From Candidatus Heimdallarchaeota archaeon (lineage in GTDB: Archaea > Asgardarchaeota > Heimdallarchaeia > Heimdallarchaeales > Heimdallarchaeaceae), in contig DAOVER010000017.1 of assembly GCA_030668875.1 (NCBI GenBank), forward strand, positions 1-32,000: DNA of 32,000 bases. The letters are read 5' to 3'. Under the pieces are notes generated by a model, which saw only the letters and a program-made list of their open reading frames with translations, was not told where the DNA came from and searched no databases. The position numbers and the translations under genes are program-made. Each line of letters starts with the position of its first letter. Within the stretch, counting starts at the first letter, position 1. Below, in pieces: positions 8,701-17,747 of this stretch.

Positions 8701-9270
8701 ATGCACGAGGAAATTAAACTCTTCAATAAATGGGATTTCAGCGAAGTAGAAGTAAGTGATTTAGGTCTACAAAGATACATCTCTCTTCAACCTGTATATT
8801 TTCCACATTCAGGTGGTAGATATCAGGATCAAAGGTTTAAGAAAGCAGAGATGAGCATCGTTGAAAGATTTACCAACAAATTGATGAAGAAAGGTAAGAA
8901 TGCCGGTAAAAAACAGAGAGCAATTAATTTTGTAAGAATAGCTTTCGATATAATTTATGAAAGAACTGGCGAAAATCCCATACAAGTTTTAGTAGATGCT
9001 ATTACCAACGTTGCACCCAGAGAAGAAACAACTCGTTTAACATATGGTGGTGTAGCGCAACATATTGCAGTGGATATTTCTCCTCTCCGAAGAGTTGACC
9101 TTGCACTAAGATATATGTCCAATGCAATCAAGCAAAAAAGTTTCAATAACGTAAAAAGCGTTGAGGAAGTTACTGCTGAAGAACTAATACTTGCCTCCAA
9201 AGGAGATCAAGCAAGTGCAGCAGTTAAAAAGAAGTTAGAGATAGAACGAATAGCTCTATCCGCTAGATAA
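8701..9270 (+). CDS. rps7: 30S ribosomal protein uS7 (archaeal S7 / eukaryotic S5 type)
   Basis: KLFNKW, ENPIQVLVDAI, APREETTR, VDISPLRRVDLA and KKKLEIERIALSAR; start reassigned to ATG 8701. Confidence 0.95.
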   Translation: MHEEIKLFNKWDFSEVEVSDLGLQRYISLQPVYFPHSGGRYQDQRFKKAEMSIVERFTNKLMKKGKNAGKKQRAINFVRIAFDIIYERTGENPIQVLVDAITNVAPREETTRLTYGGVAQHIAVDISPLRRVDLALRYMSNAIKQKSFNNVKSVEEVTAEELILASKGDQASAAVKKKLEIERIALSAR

Positions 9271-9281
9271 AGATTTAGAAG

Positions 9282-9836
9282 GTGTTAAAAATAGGAAAAA
9301 GACCTGCCCGTTGCTATAGAAAAGTTAGTGGTCCTGCAAATACAAGAGTCGGTAAATTCGTTAGAGGTGTTCCAGATTCTAGAATTAGAGCATATGATGC
9401 TGGAAACCGAAAAGGAGTTTTTCCTGTACATATCCATTTAGTATCTAAAGAAAAATGTCAAATCAGACACACTGCTTTAGAGGCAGCAAGAATAGCAGTA
9501 AACAGAATACTTCAGAGAAATCTAGGACTTGAAGGGTATCATATGACCATAAGAATTCATCCTCACCATATTTTACGAGAAAATAAAATGATGGCTGTAG
9601 CTGGTGCAGACAGAATTCAAGATGGTATGAGGAGATCTTTCGGAAAACCCACAGATAGAGCTGCACGTGTCAAAGAAGGCCAAGAACTTGTTACTGTTAG
9701 AGCATATGCAAAGGATTATTTTGTGATTTTAGATGCCTTGAAAAGAGCTTCTGATCGTTTTCCAACAGCGTGCAAATACAAAGTTGGAAAAGGCCAAGAG
9801 CTAGTTGATGAATTCATGAAGAAAAGAAAAGTATAA
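9282..9836 (+). CDS. rpl10e: 50S ribosomal protein uL16 (L10e)
   Basis: RPARCYR, QIRHTALEAAR, PHHILRENKM, GADRIQDGMRRSFGKP. Confidence 0.95.
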   Translation: MLKIGKRPARCYRKVSGPANTRVGKFVRGVPDSRIRAYDAGNRKGVFPVHIHLVSKEKCQIRHTALEAARIAVNRILQRNLGLEGYHMTIRIHPHHILRENKMMAVAGADRIQDGMRRSFGKPTDRAARVKEGQELVTVRAYAKDYFVILDALKRASDRFPTACKYKVGKGQELVDEFMKKRKV

Positions 9837-9915
9837 TTTAACTTCTTTTCCTACTTTTCTCATTTCTATTTACAAAAATCAACAATGTTTTTAGTGCTAT
9901 CTTCTATGATAGTTT

Positions 9916-11004
9916 ATGGTTTCGGAGTTTACCCCAGGATTGAAATTATCCGAAATGTTCTTCCAAGAAGTAGTAAAGGGAATTATTGAGAGTACCTACC
10001 CTCATATAAAATACACCGCAGCATTAGTGGGACCTGGATCTGAGGTAATTGGTTTTGATGATAGTGTTTCTTCAGATCATCACTGGGGACTTCGATTATA
10101 TCTATTCATAGATACAGAAAGTTATGACAAACATTATGATTCGTTAATTAAATTATTCAGAACCAAACTACCTTTAGAGTTCAAAGGTCATTCTACTCAT
10201 TGGAGTTTACCTGATTTCAATGATTCAGGAAATCAATTCCCGCAATTCATAAAGGAAGGAGAAGTAAATCATCGAATAGAAATTTTTACTGTAAATAAAT
10301 ATCTTAAGAAACAATTTAATCTTGAAAACACAGATTTAACAGACATAGATTGGCTTCTATTACCTGAACAAAAATTATTAGAGTTTACTTCTGGAAAAAT
10401 TTTCTATGACTCTCTTGGAGAATTATTGGAAGTTCGAGACAAATTTGCTTATTTGCCTGAAAATGTTTGGAAGTACAAACTATTATCTGAATGGGAACAC
10501 ATTGCTCAAGAGATAGCTTTTGCTGGAAGAACAGGTGAGGTGGAAGATGAAATTGGATCAAAAATAGAATCTTCCCGTCTTATAAGATATGTTATGAGAC
10601 TTGCCTTTCTGTTGAGCAGAAGGTATACGCCATATACAAAATGGTTTGGAACAGTTTTTAGTAAACTCAAGATTGCTGAAAAATTGGAACCTCTTCTGTT
10701 AGCCGTTTTCAAGGAGGAAGATTGGAAGCAGAGGGATAAACTATTGTGTAAAGCTTACATGTTTCTAGTAGAAGAGCAGAATAAGTTAGAACTAACCCCA
10801 AAGATAATAGTTGAAACCATACCCTTCTTCAGTAGGAATATGACAATAATTGATGTAAAAAAGGTGATGGCAGAACTGAAAAAAACAATCAAACCACCTT
10901 TAGATAAAATCCCTCCCATTGGGTCAGTGGATCAACTAATGGAAGTTGGTGGGGGGTTAGGAGTAGAGTTTGCAGAGAAAGCAAGAATATTTTATGAAAA
11001 ATGA
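9916..11004 (+). CDS. DUF4037-domain protein (nucleotidyltransferase-like fold)
   Basis: ALVGPGSEVIGFDD..SSDHHWG, WLLLPEQKLLEFTSGKIFYD, PYTKWFG pattern recognised from memory. Confidence 0.7.
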   Translation: MVSEFTPGLKLSEMFFQEVVKGIIESTYPHIKYTAALVGPGSEVIGFDDSVSSDHHWGLRLYLFIDTESYDKHYDSLIKLFRTKLPLEFKGHSTHWSLPDFNDSGNQFPQFIKEGEVNHRIEIFTVNKYLKKQFNLENTDLTDIDWLLLPEQKLLEFTSGKIFYDSLGELLEVRDKFAYLPENVWKYKLLSEWEHIAQEIAFAGRTGEVEDEIGSKIESSRLIRYVMRLAFLLSRRYTPYTKWFGTVFSKLKIAEKLEPLLLAVFKEEDWKQRDKLLCKAYMFLVEEQNKLELTPKIIVETIPFFSRNMTIIDVKKVMAELKKTIKPPLDKIPPIGSVDQLMEVGGGLGVEFAEKARIFYEK

Positions 11005-11013
11005 AATTTATGT

Positions 11014-11292
11014 TTAATTATTCTCTTCAACGCTTGCTTCCCAGCCTATAATGTCTACAAACTGTTCTTCAAGTGCAATGACATCTTTGTTTTTTAATGG
11101 ATTCCATTCGTCAACTGCAAACTCAATGGCCTCTTCTTCGTTCCTAGCAGTTACTCGATAATGATAATCTCTTCTCTCTGTTCTTGTTACAATCACTAAG
11201 TAATCTTCGAATATATCTTCGTCCTCTATCACTTCTTCAATGACAATGGTTTTTCGCTTTGTTTTTTTCTTTTTTTTCTTTCTCTTAGGCAT
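11014..11292 (-). CDS. Small hypothetical protein with N-terminal polybasic tail and acidic body
   Basis: MPKRKKKKKKTKRK...YLVIVTRTERRDYHYRVTARNEEEAIEFAVDEW; start reassigned to ATG 11292. Confidence 0.6.
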   Translation of the reverse strand: MPKRKKKKKKTKRKTIVIEEVIEDEDIFEDYLVIVTRTERRDYHYRVTARNEEEAIEFAVDEWNPLKNKDVIALEEQFVDIIGWEASVEENN

Positions 11293-11423
11293 ATACTCTA
11301 TTGTGATATCTATTATAAAATAATTTTTCAAAAATTCTTATAGAAACCATGGTGTGAATACGTGAATTCCTGATATCGAACAAAAAAGATAAAAAGAACA
11401 GAATAAATTCTGGTCTAATAACT

Positions 11424-11549
11424 GGCTCGGTAGCTCAGTTGGCAGAGCGCAAGACTCATAATCTTGAAAAAAATAAGGGTTAGACTGCAAACGTGAACCT
11501 CAGATGCGAAATCTTGAGGTCGGGGGATCGAGTCCCCCCCGAGCCACCA
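11424..11549 (+). tRNA. tRNA with CAT anticodon (probably elongator Met; Ile2 not excluded), 50-nt intron, encoded CCA
   Basis: Acceptor GGCTCGG/CCGAGCC, D-arm GCTC/GAGC, anticodon stem CAAGA/TCTTG with loop CTCATAA, T-stem GGGGG/CCCCC, ACCA end. Confidence 0.92.
11461..11510 (+). other. tRNA intron at canonical 37/38 position (relaxed bulge-helix-bulge)
   Basis: Removing 11461-11510 restores a standard cloverleaf. CTCA(32-35) faces TGCG with 3 of 4 pairs, AAA is the 3' bulge, and TCT/AGA forms the outer helix. Confidence 0.75.
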
Positions 11550-11616
11550 TCTTTTTTTAAATTAAATTTATTTCCTTTAATCTCCTATATTAATAATTTA
11601 CAAAAAAACGAAATCA

Positions 11617-11630
11617 GGGAAAATCTTCCC
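11617..11630. repeat. Palindrome GGGAA-N4-TTCCC in convergent intergenic gap
   Basis: GGGAA AATC TTCCC between tRNA(CAT) and the cyclophilin 3' end; same core as 16435-16448. Confidence 0.5.
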
Positions 11631-11650
11631 CTTTACTTCTAAATTTAACT

Positions 11651-12124
11651 TTAAAGTTTCTTCAATTGATGGTTGGCAATTATATCAGATTCATTCTCAA
11701 TAGTAACTTTTACCATCTTGTCTCCTTGGACAATTCTATTTACAACATCCATGCCATCTACAACTTTTCCAAAAACTGTGTGCTTATTATTAAGATGTTT
11801 ACAGTTATTAGGATTAAGAACTATGAAAAATTGTGATCCATTTGTATTTGGTCCAGCATTTGCCATGCTTAAATGTCCCAACTTATGAATTTGTACTGGA
11901 TTATCTATTTCATCAGCAATTTGATATCCTGGTCCTCCTCTTCCTGTTCCTGTAGGATCTCCTCCTTGAACAACGAATTCAGGAATCACACGGTGAAAAA
12001 CAACCCCCTCATAATAGTTAGACTGAATTAAAGATACAATGTTTTTTACAGTATTAGGTGTATGTTCATCAAAAAATTCAATTTTAATAATACCTTTGTT
12101 AGTTTCCATTATTGCTATGGTCAT
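11651..12124 (-). CDS. ppiA: Cyclophilin-type peptidyl-prolyl cis-trans isomerase
   Basis: FHRVIPEFVVQGGDPTGTGRGGPGY, LSMANAGPNTNGSQFFI, HTVFGKV. Confidence 0.95.
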   Translation of the reverse strand: MTIAIMETNKGIIKIEFFDEHTPNTVKNIVSLIQSNYYEGVVFHRVIPEFVVQGGDPTGTGRGGPGYQIADEIDNPVQIHKLGHLSMANAGPNTNGSQFFIVLNPNNCKHLNNKHTVFGKVVDGMDVVNRIVQGDKMVKVTIENESDIIANHQLKKL

Positions 12125-12212
12125 ATAAATCTCCTAAGTGTCAATGAATTTTTCCTATTTTTATTTATAGCGATTAGGCAACAAATTCTTAATTGATAAA
12201 TTATATCCGATA

Positions 12213-12716
12213 TTGACGTTGATTAGATTGAATGCTATTGAAGATGTAGAAAAACCGAAATCAAGGCCCACACTAAAATTCACTCCATGGATTTCAGCTA
12301 TTGTTATCCTAATTTACTCCGTTGCAGTTCAGTTCTTACTTATTGCGAGCATGGAAAGCGCTTTTGATGTGGTAGAGGATTTTTTCGAGCGATGGTCATC
12401 TAGTTGGGCATTGATTGAGATACCACTACCTCTGATACTAGCGGCGATATTCTACTATTACAGTCAACATAGCAGATCGAGAAATATCAATCTATTCCTT
12501 TTTAGTATAACAGCATTAGCAACTGCTGTGTTGGGTCTTGTAATTTACGTGATTATAGCTCAATTTCTTGTTCAGGGTCAATATACTGATTTCATCTTCA
12601 TTCTCTCAACTGCAGCTATGTCCATTATATTTGCGTTCATTGCCCTTCTAATACGAAAATTTGTCAATAAACGAAAAACCTTGCAGCAAGGTTCCTTCAC
12701 CAGAAAGTTGACCTAA
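12213..12716 (+). CDS. Hypothetical multi-pass membrane protein
   Basis: About four hydrophobic segments; fills the gap between flanking genes; start uncertain. Confidence 0.6.
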   Translation: MTLIRLNAIEDVEKPKSRPTLKFTPWISAIVILIYSVAVQFLLIASMESAFDVVEDFFERWSSSWALIEIPLPLILAAIFYYYSQHSRSRNINLFLFSITALATAVLGLVIYVIIAQFLVQGQYTDFIFILSTAAMSIIFAFIALLIRKFVNKRKTLQQGSFTRKLT

Positions 12717-12799
12717 ACAACAAGGTTACATTTAGAATAAATTACTCTTCTAATAAGGTGTATTTATCCTCTCTTTCCCTCCCTAGATGCGTTTATTTA

Positions 12800-13558
12800 T
12801 TATTTTAAATTGTTAACAAGATTAGTAATGATTTTGGGCAGTTCATTCATATCCTTAATATAATATTGATGACTTGGCTCGAATTCACCAGTTAAACATG
12901 CTTGAATAATATTAGCACCACTGTTCAAAGCGCAATCGATAAACCTTGGTTTATCTTCGATGATTATTGTTTTATCTGGTTCAAACCATACATCATCTAA
13001 AACTCGTTTGAAGAAATTATCACTGGTCTTGTGTGTATTAACAAGATCTGGTCCATAGAAGTTCTCGAAAAGGTCCCTCACCCTCATACCTTGTAAATAT
13101 CCCTTTATCTCAAGAGAATCTTCTGCTGAAGCCGTATATAGATTAAACCCCAACCTCTTTAATTTCTTAATAGAGTCTACAACGCCTGGGTATGCTGAAC
13201 GAATATTGGGGGTGATATATTCAATCGCTTCTCGATATATCTGATTATATTCTGACCTTGCAGGAAGTTTAACTCCAACATAATTGAACATCTCTTTTAT
13301 CCATCTTTTTACAAAATCAGCATGATATGTTTTGTAATCAATGTCACTATCATCATAAACCGCTTTAGAGTATTCTTTCATAATTTCTTCTATAAAATTT
13401 ACATTACTTTCAGCCCACAAATATGGTTCTCCCCCAAATTTAGGAGTGAAATACTCCCCGACAAGTTTTTGATATTGTAAACCTCTAATGCGATTATCAT
13501 TCATCACCCCCCCATCATCAAAGAACACAGCAAATTCGGAGAATCTCGTCTGTGACAT
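12800..13558 (-). CDS. HAD-superfamily hydrolase
   Basis: Motif I VFFDDGGV, motif II TAS, Lys in NTHK, motif IV IIIEDK. Confidence 0.85.
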   Translation of the reverse strand: MSQTRFSEFAVFFDDGGVMNDNRIRGLQYQKLVGEYFTPKFGGEPYLWAESNVNFIEEIMKEYSKAVYDDSDIDYKTYHADFVKRWIKEMFNYVGVKLPARSEYNQIYREAIEYITPNIRSAYPGVVDSIKKLKRLGFNLYTASAEDSLEIKGYLQGMRVRDLFENFYGPDLVNTHKTSDNFFKRVLDDVWFEPDKTIIIEDKPRFIDCALNSGANIIQACLTGEFEPSHQYYIKDMNELPKIITNLVNNLK

Positions 13559-13797
13559 TACTATTCGCTTGAGTTAATAGTAAATAAAGATATTCCAAGA
13601 AATGTGATACATCTTGCGAATAGATAAACAACGAATACTTTCGTTAACCTCTATCTCCTTTAAAACCCCCTATTTTCGACTGGAAATTAGAAGATCAGCT
13701 TATTAGAAGATAGTGTCTCCATTAATGTCTAACAAATAAACAAACTTCTTTTGAACTATGAAAAATTTAATAATAGAGTGCATATGAAGCAAGGTAG

Positions 13798-14787
13798 ATG
13801 GTACTGCAGATTTACGAAACTCTACAAACAGAACAGTCTATATTGGATATCACTCCTGAGTTAGAACAAAAAGTTCACGACATGCTCATAACTACTGAAA
13901 GAAAGGTTCCAAATTTCTGGGAGATTGATACAACTGAAAGCCTATATGTTCCTGTAGCTGATGGAGAAATCAGAATATACCATTTTAAACCTAATATCCC
14001 AGTTTCAAGACGTCCTTTAGTTTTTATTCCTGGATGGGGAGGAACTGAAGAAGGATTCATGGATTTTTATGAAGTCATACATAATAAGGTTGAGTGTTAT
14101 TATGTAGAAACTCGTGAAAAGAGAAGTAGCAGATTGAATAGAAAAAGAGCTAAGATGGACATGAGTCAAAAAGCTAGAGACATTCAAGATGTGATTAACT
14201 ACTTTGAATTAGGCAAGAAAGATTTTGTTCTCTATGGTACTTGTTGGGGTGGAGCAATTGTTTTACAAGGTTTAATTGATGGAGTAATAGACGCTCCAAC
14301 GATCATTACCAATGATCCTATGCATACTCTATGGTTTCCGAAATGGTTTCTTAGATATGTATCGCCCATATTGCCCGTTTTTGTAGTTGAGCTCATTAAA
14401 TCAATAGTTAAACGATTACAGTTGCGAGGTATGAAGGAAGAGGTTCAAAAAAGAAGAGCTGAAACCTTTGCGGATAATGCTGAAATTTGGAAATGGAAAA
14501 GAGCAGCTGACTCCGTAAAGGATTTTGAGCTTTTTGGTAATGTTTCTGATATAACAAAGGAAGTTTTCGTAACCAATGGTACTAAAGATAAGATTCATGA
14601 TCAAATTACTTATCCACAAATTGCTGCTGAACTTCCAAATGGTAGATTTATTTACATGAAGACAGATGAATCCAGAAGAGAGAGATTAATGGGGCTAGTA
14701 ACATTAGAATTCAGCAAAATCACTAAAACCGATGGAATTCCTCCCTCTTTAAGAGATTTTGAAAAAACACTTCATCACTCACTCTGA
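13798..14787 (+). CDS. Alpha/beta-hydrolase fold protein
   Basis: VFIPGWGG oxyanion region, nucleophile elbow GTCWGG, NGTKDKIH. Confidence 0.8.
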   Translation: MVLQIYETLQTEQSILDITPELEQKVHDMLITTERKVPNFWEIDTTESLYVPVADGEIRIYHFKPNIPVSRRPLVFIPGWGGTEEGFMDFYEVIHNKVECYYVETREKRSSRLNRKRAKMDMSQKARDIQDVINYFELGKKDFVLYGTCWGGAIVLQGLIDGVIDAPTIITNDPMHTLWFPKWFLRYVSPILPVFVVELIKSIVKRLQLRGMKEEVQKRRAETFADNAEIWKWKRAADSVKDFELFGNVSDITKEVFVTNGTKDKIHDQITYPQIAAELPNGRFIYMKTDESRRERLMGLVTLEFSKITKTDGIPPSLRDFEKTLHHSL

Positions 14788-14896
14788 AAAGTTAGTTGAA
14801 AACAGAATTTTCTATTGTTTTAAGTGAATCTTTAAAATAAACTAGTATCAATTAAGAAAAAATTCTCCTTTATGAGATTTATTTAAGGTGAAGTAA

Positions 14897-16396
14897 ATGT
14901 CAAATGTAGACGTAGTTTTAGATAATAACGATATTAGAGAAACTGAATTAGAATCAAAACGATCAAGTAGAAAAAATGCTTGGTTGTGGTATAGCTATGA
15001 TATGGCTGACACTTTCTTTTCACAATCTGTAATAAGCTTAGCATTCACTCCATTTGTCTTATTAATGGGTGTTTCAATGGGGTGGGAGTACCCAACAGTA
15101 TTCATTGTAATGTCAATTTTTATGGCAGCTTCAAATTTGTTAATTGCCATTTTTGGGCCAATTTTGGGTGCTATCTCTGATAAAGCAGGGAAAAGAAAAT
15201 CAGCAGTACTCATCTCAGCTGGAATAATGATAACTGCAACAGGATTAATTACAGTTTGGGTTAACTTTTGGTGGACATGTTTTTTGTTTGTGATTGCAAA
15301 TTTCTGTTATCAAGCAGGTCGAATGTTTTATGACGCTCAAATTCCATTCATCGCTGAAACAGAAAAAAGAGGTTTTATGCAAGCTATAGGTGGAGCACTC
15401 GCTGCATTTGGTTCTGTAATTGCAATAGTTGTAAGTATGGTTGTAGCCCTTCCTGGTTTGTTTGGACCACATACTGAAGTGAATACTGGAATCTGGGAAG
15501 TTTCATCAACAGAACTTGGTCCTATAGTAGTACAAATTATAAATGGAAATATTTGGATGGGACCGATTGATTATGGTGGATTAAGATATTTATTTGTAAT
15601 ATCATCTGCCATCATAATTTTGATTAGTATCCCTTACTTATTCCATAAAGAAGTAGAAAATCCACCTAAAGAGGTTATATCACCAAGCGACTATGTGAAA
15701 TCATCATTATTTTCCTTTAAAACTTCGCTTAAAAATATTTTCTCTGACAAAAATTCTTGGCTGTTCTTCTTAGCTTGGTTCTTCATCACAGATGCCGCCA
15801 ATACAACAATCCTTTACATGGTACCTGTGGTTTCAACTGTAGGTGGAGATGCACTTGCAGGAATGACAAATTTTGTTATTTTAGGAGGAATAATATTCTC
15901 CATAATTTTTGGTATTATTGTTGGAAGACTTATGAATAGACTAGGGCCAAAAAATCTGTTCTTAGGTGTTGGTGGTTCTTGGTTTATTGCATTGATTATC
16001 TTTATCTTATCTGGACTGCAGATAGGTATAATGACAATTTCTTCCCATCTAATATGGCTTGGGGCGATATTCATAGGTATAGGTTTTGGTGGAATTTGGA
16101 TAGTAGGTAGACAATTTATCATGGTTCTTGCTCCTCCATCGAAATTGGCACAATATGGTGGATTTCAAAAAATAGCCGGAAGAGTAAGTGCAATAGTATC
16201 TCCACTATTATTTGGTTTAATGATATATGTATCAAAATCATTAGGTTTGGCCAATGCAATGCGTGTAGCTCTGGGAAGTTTGCTCGTACTCTTTTCAGCA
16301 GGAATCATTTGTACTTTCTTCATCGTAGATCCCCATAAAAGATATATGAAAGGAGAAAGAGCTCCTTACAAAGGTATCTATGATAAATCCAAGTAA
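14897..16396 (+). CDS. MFS transporter (UMF1/Atg22-like)
   Basis: WYSYDMAD, GAISDKAGKRK, FYDAQIP, FFITDAANT; about 12 TM segments. Confidence 0.85.
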   Translation: MSNVDVVLDNNDIRETELESKRSSRKNAWLWYSYDMADTFFSQSVISLAFTPFVLLMGVSMGWEYPTVFIVMSIFMAASNLLIAIFGPILGAISDKAGKRKSAVLISAGIMITATGLITVWVNFWWTCFLFVIANFCYQAGRMFYDAQIPFIAETEKRGFMQAIGGALAAFGSVIAIVVSMVVALPGLFGPHTEVNTGIWEVSSTELGPIVVQIINGNIWMGPIDYGGLRYLFVISSAIIILISIPYLFHKEVENPPKEVISPSDYVKSSLFSFKTSLKNIFSDKNSWLFFLAWFFITDAANTTILYMVPVVSTVGGDALAGMTNFVILGGIIFSIIFGIIVGRLMNRLGPKNLFLGVGGSWFIALIIFILSGLQIGIMTISSHLIWLGAIFIGIGFGGIWIVGRQFIMVLAPPSKLAQYGGFQKIAGRVSAIVSPLLFGLMIYVSKSLGLANAMRVALGSLLVLFSAGIICTFFIVDPHKRYMKGERAPYKGIYDKSK

Positions 16397-16430
16397 TTGC
16401 TAGATGGATTGTCATCAAGATAAAAAGTCA

Positions 16431-16452
16431 AAGTGGGAATCTATTCCCACTT
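16431..16452. terminator. Perfect 10-bp inverted repeat between convergent genes (terminator or protein-binding site)
   Basis: AAGTGGGAAT-CT-ATTCCCACTT followed by a T-rich tract. Confidence 0.55.
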
Positions 16453-16462
16453 ACCTCTCTTT

Positions 16463-17335
16463 TTAATTTATTTCTTTAGGAAATTTATTTTCTCTAAGCG
16501 TTTTTTTATGAAGTTCATTAACAACTTTGAAACTTTTTAGAATAAATCGTAAGGACCGTCTGTAATTTTTTCTTAAATCGAGAAGATTCTTTAGAAGAGG
16601 GTTGTCATAGTTCTTTTGGTGAAAATATTGAATGGCCTTTACTGTTGTAGTTGGTTCTAAGGTATAGCTGAAATAGCATGTTTGTAAACTCCATTTAACA
16701 GCTTCCATAGCATATTTTGTTGCATCTTGATGAAGAATGTAAGTTACAAGAGCTGCAGTGCAGAGGACAAGATTCATCACCTTGCTTTTTTTAATTTGGC
16801 TTTTTTTCACTTCAGCTAAACTTGCTTTTTCTAACAGATTTTCTCCCCATAACGTTGTAGCTGATTTTACAACACTAGCCCAAACAACATCAGTTGGGGC
16901 AAGTAATTTACATAGAAATAAATTTACATTAAATACCTTTGAGAATTTAGCTGCAAGAAATTCTTTTCTATAGCATACAAAGTGTGACACGTACATTCCT
17001 GTCATATCTTCAGCACGCTTGTATACAGTATCAACAATTGAACCATTCTTCTTCCTAAAAACGTGTTTATATTCTAGTTTAGTTAATTCTCGTCTAATTC
17101 GTGTTTTATCTTTCTTAGATGTATTATCGTTTATCACAAAAATTATGTCTACATCAGACAGATCTGGTTGATATTCTCCTCTTACAACACTACCAAAAAT
17201 AATCAAACTTAGTAAGTCTATTTTATTTTTAATTATCAACCCAATAGATTCTCCTATGTAATTTCTAGCCTTTGTAGCTAAGTTTTCAAGTAAATCTATC
17301 CGGGTTCCCACTGTTAACTCCTCTTTATAATTCAT
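16463..17335 (-). CDS. Nucleotidyltransferase-domain (Pol-beta/MNT-like) protein with helical C-terminus
   Basis: IIFGSVVRGEYQPDLSDVDIIFV (GS..DxD). ATG 17335 chosen; TTG 17374 is possible. Confidence 0.75.
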   Translation of the reverse strand: MNYKEELTVGTRIDLLENLATKARNYIGESIGLIIKNKIDLLSLIIFGSVVRGEYQPDLSDVDIIFVINDNTSKKDKTRIRRELTKLEYKHVFRKKNGSIVDTVYKRAEDMTGMYVSHFVCYRKEFLAAKFSKVFNVNLFLCKLLAPTDVVWASVVKSATTLWGENLLEKASLAEVKKSQIKKSKVMNLVLCTAALVTYILHQDATKYAMEAVKWSLQTCYFSYTLEPTTTVKAIQYFHQKNYDNPLLKNLLDLRKNYRRSLRFILKSFKVVNELHKKTLRENKFPKEIN

Positions 17336-17363
17336 GTAACATTTCAGTTTCTCTGGAATAATC

Positions 17364-17741
17364 CTATATAACAATAAAGAGTAGTGAAGTCAACATTAAC
17401 AATATGGCAATAATAAGCATTATCTCACTTGCCAATGTTCTCTTTTTAATGTCTGGTTTCAATGGTTCCTTACTTTCCCAGAAATTGTCAATATCTTTCC
17501 GATTTTTAATCATCCCTTTTACTAAAGGTTCAATCTGTATCCCTAAACTCAATAACAACATAATAATTGCAGTTGAGGCAATAATTGCATATGTTACAAA
17601 ACCTATATCATTATCTCCAAAATTAATTGCTTCTGTAACATCTAATGTAGTGATAATTACCCAGAACAGTAGGATAAAAATGGAAATCCTTAACCTTTCA
17701 TTTGTTAGTCTTACTTCGTTTTGCATAATTTCTGATACCAT
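17364..17741 (-). CDS. Hypothetical membrane protein (3 TM)
   Basis: Three hydrophobic segments; tightly packed between the phosphomutase and the NTase genes. Confidence 0.6.
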   Translation of the reverse strand: MVSEIMQNEVRLTNERLRISIFILLFWVIITTLDVTEAINFGDNDIGFVTYAIIASTAIIMLLLSLGIQIEPLVKGMIKNRKDIDNFWESKEPLKPDIKKRTLASEIMLIIAILLMLTSLLFIVI

Positions 17742-17747
17742 TAACGA

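Noticed and set aside
11424-11549. Initiator tRNA assignment for the CAT tRNA
   Set aside because: G1-C72 rather than A1-U72, and no three consecutive G-C pairs in the anticodon stem.
14897-16396. Atg22-like transporter as an autophagy-related eukaryotic signature
   Set aside because: UMF1/Atg22-like MFS proteins are widespread in bacteria and archaea.
16463-17335. MNT-HEPN toxin-antitoxin module
   Set aside because: No separate HEPN gene and no clear Rx4-6H motif; the gene sits in an operon-like run with housekeeping genes.
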